The translations under genes were made by a program, and so were the position numbers. 64,000 bases of DNA from Gemmatales bacterium (GTDB taxonomy: Bacteria > Planctomycetota > Planctomycetia > Gemmatales > HRBIN36). Positions within the stretch are counted from its first letter, which is position 1, and the number at the start of each line of letters is the position of its first letter. The stretch spans positions 384,001-448,000 of the forward strand of contig JBEPZY010000001.1 of NCBI GenBank assembly GCA_041640595.1. Direction: 5' to 3'. The notes under the pieces were generated by a model, which was given only the letters and a program-made list of their open reading frames with translations, was not told the DNA's origin and did no database searches. Positions 57,868 to 64,000 of the stretch are shown in pieces.

Positions 57868-58639
57868 GACCGTGCTCCCTAGCCAGTTCGCGAATGCAGC
57901 GGAGTTTCATTAGCCATTCGAGACGCCGTTTCCATATCACACATAAATGATTCTCGGTCAGCCCGGTCACCTCGGCTAACACTTTGAGGCGCTCTTGCTT
58001 ATTGTCTAAGCTTAACATTGCAGCTGGTGGAAACGGCCAGGGCCACCCCACTTCTAAAACCCATTGCTTCCACGTGTTTTCCGGTATCTTACACCATAAG
58101 CCGGAAAGCACCAGCATAATGATGCGATCGCGCAGAGGTCGCCAACTGGACACCCGGCTCAAGTCCTCCTCACAAAAGGGAAGTTGGAATAGCGACAACG
58201 CCTTGGGCATAACTGCCACCGACTCACCGCCAAGCCATTCGAGAACGTCAAGGCCCTCGTTCTGGACTCTTTCAGTAACTTGCTGGGATAATCTCAGGTT
58301 GCTTAATGCGGTTGGCCGTCGGCGCTGTTGATCATGAAGAAAGTTGCGGGCGACACGCTTCGCCCAGCCCACAAATCGGCCTCTGTGAGGATCGAATCTT
58401 CCTTGTAATAGTTTCAATATGACGTGTTGTGCCGCATCCTCTGCTAAAGATTCATCGTTGAGATTCATAACCGTCGCAGCCAACTGTCGCCGCGCTATAA
58501 TTGCTACAATCCCTGTCAGTCGCTCGATTGCTTGAGCTCGCAACGTTTCGGGTTGGGTGTTATCAAGGATTAGTGCGACTAACGCTTCCGGGTCAGCATT
58601 TACCAGATCATCAGGGGACGGTGCTTGCGATTCCGGCAT
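57833..58639 (-). CDS. ECF-type sigma-70 family factor
   Basis: Sigma2: AEDAAQHVILKL...FDPHRGRFVGWAKRVARNFLHDQQRRR. Sigma4-like HTH: LAEVTGLTENHLCVIWKR. GGGGAG RBS. Confidence 0.85.
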   Translation of the reverse strand: MPESQAPSPDDLVNADPEALVALILDNTQPETLRAQAIERLTGIVAIIARRQLAATVMNLNDESLAEDAAQHVILKLLQGRFDPHRGRFVGWAKRVARNFLHDQQRRRPTALSNLRLSQQVTERVQNEGLDVLEWLGGESVAVMPKALSLFQLPFCEEDLSRVSSWRPLRDRIIMLVLSGLWCKIPENTWKQWVLEVGWPWPFPPAAMLSLDNKQERLKVLAEVTGLTENHLCVIWKRRLEWLMKLRCIRELAREHGHGDLPDMGQAT

Positions 58640-58879
58640 AAATCAACTCCCCGTGGTGTGAAAGCCACCAGATGCAATTGTTGCCTTAGGTACCGATATT
58701 CCGGATCGCCGTTCGCCCAAGCGGCAAAGCCGTTAGCAGGAGAAACAAGTTCCGCTATCCAATGAAAAAGCGCATCATTGGCTTCGCTATGGACTCGGCA
58801 TGTCGTTGGCAGCCAATGCTTCCGGCCACCCATTGCATGTCGCCGACCACTTATTTGATCGCAGATGCGATAGCGCTGG

Positions 58880-59809
58880 TTAGGCAGCGTATTTTTTCCG
58901 CATGGTATCTATAAAGCGCTTGCAGTCGGCGGTGACCGTCCAGGCGTCCGGCCAGAAGCATAGATCTATGCACCACCAATCCGAGGGAATATTAGCACGC
59001 AGAAGGGCGGGGATTACCTCGTCCCAATTAATCAAGCCCTTGCCGAACGGTGCATGGGTGCTGGTTTCGTCGTTGCCTTGCTCATCTTTGTGACAGGTGC
59101 CGTCGGAATCTATTAGGTGAAGGTGTGTGATCTTTCCCTTGAGTTTTTCGATTAGTTCCAGCACACCGCCTTTAAGGGTTTCCTTTTCACCGGGCTGGCG
59201 TGCTCCAACAACGCTGACCATATAAGCGTGGCTGGTGTCGAACAATACGCCGAAATTCGGATTGCCAAGGCTTCGCACCTCGTCCACTATCGAGACGATT
59301 TCCGAGGGCTTATTGAAAGCGAAGCCAGGCTCAAACTCCCAGGCGACGCGCATGCCCCGATCGGCAGCAATCTTGGCGCATTTATCCCATGCCTTGACGA
59401 TGCGTTCACGGCCGAGGCGTGGATCGAGACCGGTTTTTTGAAAGATATCCGGGGGCTCTAGAGTATCTACGCGAATCAGGTCAATGCCTAAATCTTCTGC
59501 GAACAGCACATTGCGGGCAAATTCGGCTATGTAAGGTCCGCTGTCAGGAACACTGATCACTTTGTGCATCCAGAGGTTGGCGGCCAGCCCGGAAAACTCC
59601 AGTCCATGATCCTGCACTTCCTTGCGCAATGCATGCCGCTTTTTCTGCGTATCGTATTGATCGGGATTAGGGTGCGGCGGAAAACCTCCCAATTCTACGC
59701 CATCAAAACCCATATCTTGCAATTTGTGTAAGACTGTGTGGAAATCAACGGGGTTTGTCTTATAGGGACCAAGCACGTAAGCCCAGCTGCCAATCGAGAT
59801 TTTCTTCAT
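58880..59809 (-). CDS. Sugar phosphate isomerase/epimerase (xylose isomerase-like TIM barrel)
   Basis: GFDGVEL, WEFEP, FDTSH, HLHLIDSDG, HAPFGKG. Confidence 0.9.
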   Translation of the reverse strand: MKKISIGSWAYVLGPYKTNPVDFHTVLHKLQDMGFDGVELGGFPPHPNPDQYDTQKKRHALRKEVQDHGLEFSGLAANLWMHKVISVPDSGPYIAEFARNVLFAEDLGIDLIRVDTLEPPDIFQKTGLDPRLGRERIVKAWDKCAKIAADRGMRVAWEFEPGFAFNKPSEIVSIVDEVRSLGNPNFGVLFDTSHAYMVSVVGARQPGEKETLKGGVLELIEKLKGKITHLHLIDSDGTCHKDEQGNDETSTHAPFGKGLINWDEVIPALLRANIPSDWWCIDLCFWPDAWTVTADCKRFIDTMRKKYAA

Positions 59810-59909
59810 GCGTCGCCTCCTTTGAGTTCATCACCTGTTGTGGTGCAGATCATTACCCATGTCGAGCATCAATCCGGTCTTTATTTCAGTCTCATGCACC
59901 AAGTTTTGA

Positions 59910-61238
59910 CTATCTGGCAAGTCGCTTATGATCGCCGACATTGGGAGCATCAGGATTTGTGTCGGGGCCGAAATAGCGCAAGGTCACCAGGGGTTCCGTG
60001 CCGGTATTTTCAAAGACGACACCAGCGCGTGCGGCATCGTAGGTAACAAAGACTTCGTCGGCGGTGAGTTCACCGAAGCGGATCATAGCCGGGGTTTCAA
60101 GCTCTAAGGTGCCGATACGTCCTCGACCTTGCACGGTGATCAAGCCATAGGCTCCGTTATCGCGGATGGTAACACGAACACCGGGTTGAATAGTTAGTTC
60201 TTTGGCAGTGAAAAGCTCCTGCCCATCTACGCGACCGTAAACGACCCAGCGATCTATATATCCTTCGCTAGCCGTGTCGGCGACGGGGATGGGTTCTAAG
60301 TAATGATGGTCTTTAAAATAGGGATCAACGTTCGCTTCCCAATCCAGCTGCTCGACTAAATAATCTAAGTCCTGGTGCTTATCGGGCGGCACGTCCTTGA
60401 CAAGTAAGTCCCAGGGGACATAGCGTCCTTCGACCATGGATTGATACATGGCAAAAACGTCGGAGCCCCATTGCGGTTCGTAAGTAACAAGCGAGCCCGG
60501 CGCATGCAGGATACAGGGAGGAACAAGCCAGCCGGTGCCGGGTTGCAAGCGGTAGGCTTTGCTGTAATTCAAAATGCCGTTGTCGCCTTCGTTCCAGCGT
60601 TCTAAGCATCGGCGGATGTCTTCCTTAGTGGTTCCTGGCTCTAAGCCAAAGAAGGTGTAGGGGAAATTATTGCCGATGCTATTCAATTGCGGCGGAAAAT
60701 AATAAGCTTCGGGTTTACCCTGCTGGCCGACGAGTGCGGCTTGCTCATTGTTCTGGTGCATATGATGCGGAATCGGGCCGAGGTTATCGAAAAATTTGCT
60801 GTAAACTGGCCAGCGATGATACTTGTCCCACATCGGCTTGCCGATAAACAAGGGGCCTTCGAGTTCGATAGCTTCTTTCAAGGTAACGAATTTGCGGCCT
60901 TGATAAACGATGTAACTAAGTCCTTCGTCCCAGGGTGCGCCTTCGTTGGCGGCGGGGGTGGTGGAAGCGAACCAGCGTTCGTCTATTCCGCCACGGTGTG
61001 CTCCCAGGGCGTAATAATCGTTGGGATGAAGTTTGAGACGCTTGCCGGGCATCAAGAAAGAGCGAGGCACCCAGGTCGGAGCCAATCGAACAATACCGTT
61101 GCCGGCCTCAACAATTTCCCGAATTTGCTGAGAGGTAACCGCGGGCCGGCGAACGTTGTCCATCAGTCGAGGTGATGAGGCTTTTCGAGAACGGGCAGGT
61201 TTCTTGCGAGCAGCAGTGCGAGTAGTTTTGCGTGCCAT
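59910..61238 (-). CDS. Cupin-fold protein, class I phosphomannose-isomerase-like
   Basis: ERWF, KFFD..PIPHHMHQ, KPEAYYF, LHAPG, EPQ..SD; start set at MARKT. Confidence 0.7.
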   Translation of the reverse strand: MARKTTRTAARKKPARSRKASSPRLMDNVRRPAVTSQQIREIVEAGNGIVRLAPTWVPRSFLMPGKRLKLHPNDYYALGAHRGGIDERWFASTTPAANEGAPWDEGLSYIVYQGRKFVTLKEAIELEGPLFIGKPMWDKYHRWPVYSKFFDNLGPIPHHMHQNNEQAALVGQQGKPEAYYFPPQLNSIGNNFPYTFFGLEPGTTKEDIRRCLERWNEGDNGILNYSKAYRLQPGTGWLVPPCILHAPGSLVTYEPQWGSDVFAMYQSMVEGRYVPWDLLVKDVPPDKHQDLDYLVEQLDWEANVDPYFKDHHYLEPIPVADTASEGYIDRWVVYGRVDGQELFTAKELTIQPGVRVTIRDNGAYGLITVQGRGRIGTLELETPAMIRFGELTADEVFVTYDAARAGVVFENTGTEPLVTLRYFGPDTNPDAPNVGDHKRLAR

Positions 61239-61407
61239 GGGATGTATCTCCGTGGTTGCGGGTACACAAAGCCGGGACAAAATCCCCCGGATTATGGTCG
61301 CATTATAGCAAAACTACCAGAGCTGAAACAAGGCGGAAATGGCTGTAAATTACCCGGCGGCTAACGGTGAGACTGCGAAAGTTATCTCGATGGACATCGG
61401 TCCAGAT

Positions 61408-63135
61408 TCAGGTAGAACGGGCATCCTGACGCAACTGGCGACGAAGAACCTTACCCAGGAAGTTTTTGGGCAGCTGACGGACGACCTGAAACTTACGGGG
61501 ACGCTTGTGTTTGGCGAGATGCTCCTGGCAGAAGCTATCGAGTTGCTGCAGGTCGAGGCCATCGCGGGGAACGACATAGGCGACCACAATTTCACCTCGC
61601 ATGGGGTCGGGTTCACCGACTACCGCAGCTTCGGCAACGTGTGGGTATCTTAGCAGCACCTCCTCCACTTCCGCTGGATAGACCAGGAAGCCGCTGGTCT
61701 TGATGATATCCCGCTTGCGATCCACGATGGTGAAATAACCGTCGGCATCGCAGCGAGCGAGGTCGCCGGTGTAAAGCCAGCCGTTGCGGAGTGCCAGGGC
61801 GGTTTCGTCGGGATTCCGCCAGTAGCCGAGCATCACCTGCGGACCGCGAACCACTAATTCCCCTACCTCGCCGATAGGCATTTCTCGGTCACCGCTGATG
61901 GGATCAACAATGCGGGCATCTGTATCGGGAAGCGGAACCCCGATGGTGCCGGGGCGGATATGTTCCGGTAGCAGCGGATTAGCATGAGTAACAGGGCCGG
62001 CCTCAGTCAAGCCGTAGCCTTCGATGATCCCCTGGGCACCGTATTGGGCGAATTCGTCGCGTACTGCCGGGTCTAAAGCGGCGGCTCCGGAGATTACTGT
62101 ACGCAGGCAGCTCAGGTTGGGACGAGGTCGGTTGCTCGGCCAATTGCGGAGCACTCGATTGAGTGCTGCGAGCATGGCGGGCACGGCAGGGAAAATGGTC
62201 GGCCGCCAGCGTTCGATTATCTGCAACGTAGCGAACGTTTGAAACCTGGGGTGCAAATGGATCGTCGCTCGCATGGCCATACCGGCCAGTGCACAGACGG
62301 TCAGACCATAAGCGTGAAAGAAAGGTAACACGCCGAGGATACGTTCCTCGCCGTCGCGCGCCAGACTCCAGGCCCGCAGTTGCCAGGCATTGCAAAGCAG
62401 GTTGCGGTGTGAGAGCATGACGATTTTCGGTGAGCCGGTAGTGCCACCGGTGGGCGCCAGTACGGCGACTTCTTCAAGTGCAACGGACTGGCCAACACTA
62501 TTTCGGGGGGCGTATTCGAGTAGGTTGCTGAATGGCCGAACCGGACCACGAGAGACAAAGTGGAAATGTCCCTGCTTGCGCAACCGTTCGAAGCGATACA
62601 GCACGCTTTTCAGTATCGGCAGGCGCTCGGCAAGGGAAACTACAAAGACGTGCTCCAGGAGCTGATTTTGTAAAGCCGTAGCCAGGTTGGGCAGCAGAAG
62701 ATCGAGAGTGATGACGTGGCGGCAATCGGTCAGCCGCAATAAACGTTCAATCTCTTCCGGCACCAGCAAAGGACTGAGCTGGACAATCCGACCGCCGGTT
62801 GCCCATACCGCAAAAAGGGCCACCAGATATTCCGGTAAATTCGGCAGCAAAATACCGACTGCTGTGCCCTGTTTTACGCCGCAGTGTTCAAGTCCGTGAG
62901 CGGCCCGGCAAACCTGTTCGTAAACCTGGCGGTAGCTGACCCGCTGCTCGAAAAGGGTGCAGGCAAGGTGGTCTGGAAGCTGAATGGCTGCCTGGGCCAG
63001 CAGGCGTGGCAATGGTTGATCCGGGTAAGTCAGCGAAGCAGGAACGCCCGGAGGATAAAACCGTAACCAGGGCCGCGCAGCCTCAAGGCTTGCGTCAACA
63101 GTGCCGTTATTGAAACTAGCTGGCTGATGGGTCAT
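61408..63135 (-). CDS. Long-chain-fatty-acid--CoA ligase
   Basis: TGGTTGSPK, EGYGLTE, GWLYTGD, DRKRD, LPKNFLGK; start set at MTHQP. Confidence 0.93.
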   Translation of the reverse strand: MTHQPASFNNGTVDASLEAARPWLRFYPPGVPASLTYPDQPLPRLLAQAAIQLPDHLACTLFEQRVSYRQVYEQVCRAAHGLEHCGVKQGTAVGILLPNLPEYLVALFAVWATGGRIVQLSPLLVPEEIERLLRLTDCRHVITLDLLLPNLATALQNQLLEHVFVVSLAERLPILKSVLYRFERLRKQGHFHFVSRGPVRPFSNLLEYAPRNSVGQSVALEEVAVLAPTGGTTGSPKIVMLSHRNLLCNAWQLRAWSLARDGEERILGVLPFFHAYGLTVCALAGMAMRATIHLHPRFQTFATLQIIERWRPTIFPAVPAMLAALNRVLRNWPSNRPRPNLSCLRTVISGAAALDPAVRDEFAQYGAQGIIEGYGLTEAGPVTHANPLLPEHIRPGTIGVPLPDTDARIVDPISGDREMPIGEVGELVVRGPQVMLGYWRNPDETALALRNGWLYTGDLARCDADGYFTIVDRKRDIIKTSGFLVYPAEVEEVLLRYPHVAEAAVVGEPDPMRGEIVVAYVVPRDGLDLQQLDSFCQEHLAKHKRPRKFQVVRQLPKNFLGKVLRRQLRQDARST

Positions 63136-63205
63136 GCAGACCGGCTCCACGGAGTTTGTGATACCACTCAATTTTACGTGATTTCTGGTGAAGCCGGGCG
63201 ATTAT

Positions 63206-64000
63206 TCACTTCCCCGCGACAACATGGGGCGGAGTGCCGCGAGCGTAAATCTGATACGATCGGCCGGCGTGTTTGGCCTGACCAACAATGGCCAGGGGCA
63301 GGGGGCCGGTCGGCAGGTTATTCGGTAGCTTCAGGGTGATTTTCGCTTCCTTCTGGCCGCGAGGAATCTTGGCACTGGCAGGCGCGGCGAGAATTACAGG
63401 CTGATTCGGGGCTGGCGGTGGAGCGACCGCGAAAATTTGCACTTCGTCCTCAAATCCTGCTTGCCGATCTACCTGGACTATCGCCTCCAAACCGGTTTGG
63501 CCCCGCGGCAATTTCTCGGCACCGTACTTGACGTGAAGCAGAAACGGCGGGGGGTCAGTTATGCTTACTGCCAGCGAAGTCAACAGGTGCCTGGGAGGAA
63601 ATGGAGTGTTGCCGAACAGCGTACTGAGAGGTTCGCTCATGGTGACAGGCACGGTGATTTCGGCGGATTCCGTTTTGCCCTGGGCCAGCAATTCAAGTGA
63701 CCAGGCGTTTGGCTGGGAGTTGGCGGGTGCGCTCAGCAACAGCAGTCCGACGTTTTGCTCACCGGTCAGAATGGTTTCCCCCTGAACCTGCTGGGGAGAT
63801 ACCGCCTTGACCTGCACAGGACCAGCGTATCCAGAGCGCGAGACGCGCACAAAGCAAACTCCGACACCGCCAGCGGGAATGTCCACCCGGTCCTGCAACA
63901 CTTCCACGCGAAATGTCGGTTCGGCGGGTTTGATGACGATGCGGTAAGTTTCTTCCGGCCCGCCAGCATAATGCAAATGTTCCACCAGTAGAACCAACTC
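63206..64000 (-). CDS. C-terminal part of a large secreted PPC (pre-peptidase)-domain-type protein; 5' end outside the window
   Basis: Frame is open to the window edge; VEHLHYAGGPEETYRI followed by Ig-like repeats (V.R.GY.GPV, V.R..GFEDEV). Confidence 0.65.
   Translation of the reverse strand, partial: ELVLLVEHLHYAGGPEETYRIVIKPAEPTFRVEVLQDRVDIPAGGVGVCFVRVSRSGYAGPVQVKAVSPQQVQGETILTGEQNVGLLLLSAPANSQPNAWSLELLAQGKTESAEITVPVTMSEPLSTLFGNTPFPPRHLLTSLAVSITDPPPFLLHVKYGAEKLPRGQTGLEAIVQVDRQAGFEDEVQIFAVAPPPAPNQPVILAAPASAKIPRGQKEAKITLKLPNNLPTGPLPLAIVGQAKHAGRSYQIYARGTPPHVVAGK

Noticed and set aside
58655..58754. Autoregulatory ECF promoter or riboswitch upstream of the sigma operon (GGAACTT; small hairpin)
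   Set aside because: No matching -10 element at the expected spacing; the hairpins do not fit a riboswitch consensus I recognise
1..64000. CRISPR array, cas genes, CD-NTase, transposase or integrase
   Set aside because: Looked for these because of the CARF gene; no regularly spaced repeats or matching motifs were seen by eye

Overview
A 64-kb window from a bacterial chromosome, most likely a planctomycete. This is inferred from a planctomycete-type 'RVERLEDR' secretion motif, a DUF1559-like mini domain and a PPC-domain protein. Most of the window is housekeeping: a partial hemD, ade-hpt purine salvage, a complete nuoA-N complex I operon, clpX, scpA, sucCD, an rluA-family gene, maf, tRNA-Ala(CGC), miaB, a fliA/whiG sigma factor, inositol-3-phosphate synthase, a DUF62 SAM hydrolase, an MFS transporter, a Ser/Thr kinase, a PP2C phosphatase, sugar isomerases and an acyl-CoA ligase. 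The nuo operon has a Rex/CRP-type palindrome upstream, an extra lipoprotein gene between nuoF and nuoG, and an enlarged NuoJ. A DsrE2 / rhodanese-MBL / TusA sulfur-handling cluster with an ECF-type promoter lies next to the tRNA. The standout is a tightly packed minus-strand operon at about 54.0-58.6 kb. In transcription order it encodes an ECF sigma factor, a possible BECR-fold RNase, a putative anti-sigma/protease substrate, a Lon-protease-CARF fusion with an intact Ser-Lys dyad and a DLTPGTK CARF motif, and an unknown helical protein. It looks like a cyclic-oligonucleotide-activated proteolytic sigma-release cascade analogous to CalpL/CalpT/CalpS, but with CARF instead of SAVED. No CRISPR array, cas gene or cyclase is visible in the window. 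All calls are by-eye motif recognition; no searches were run.
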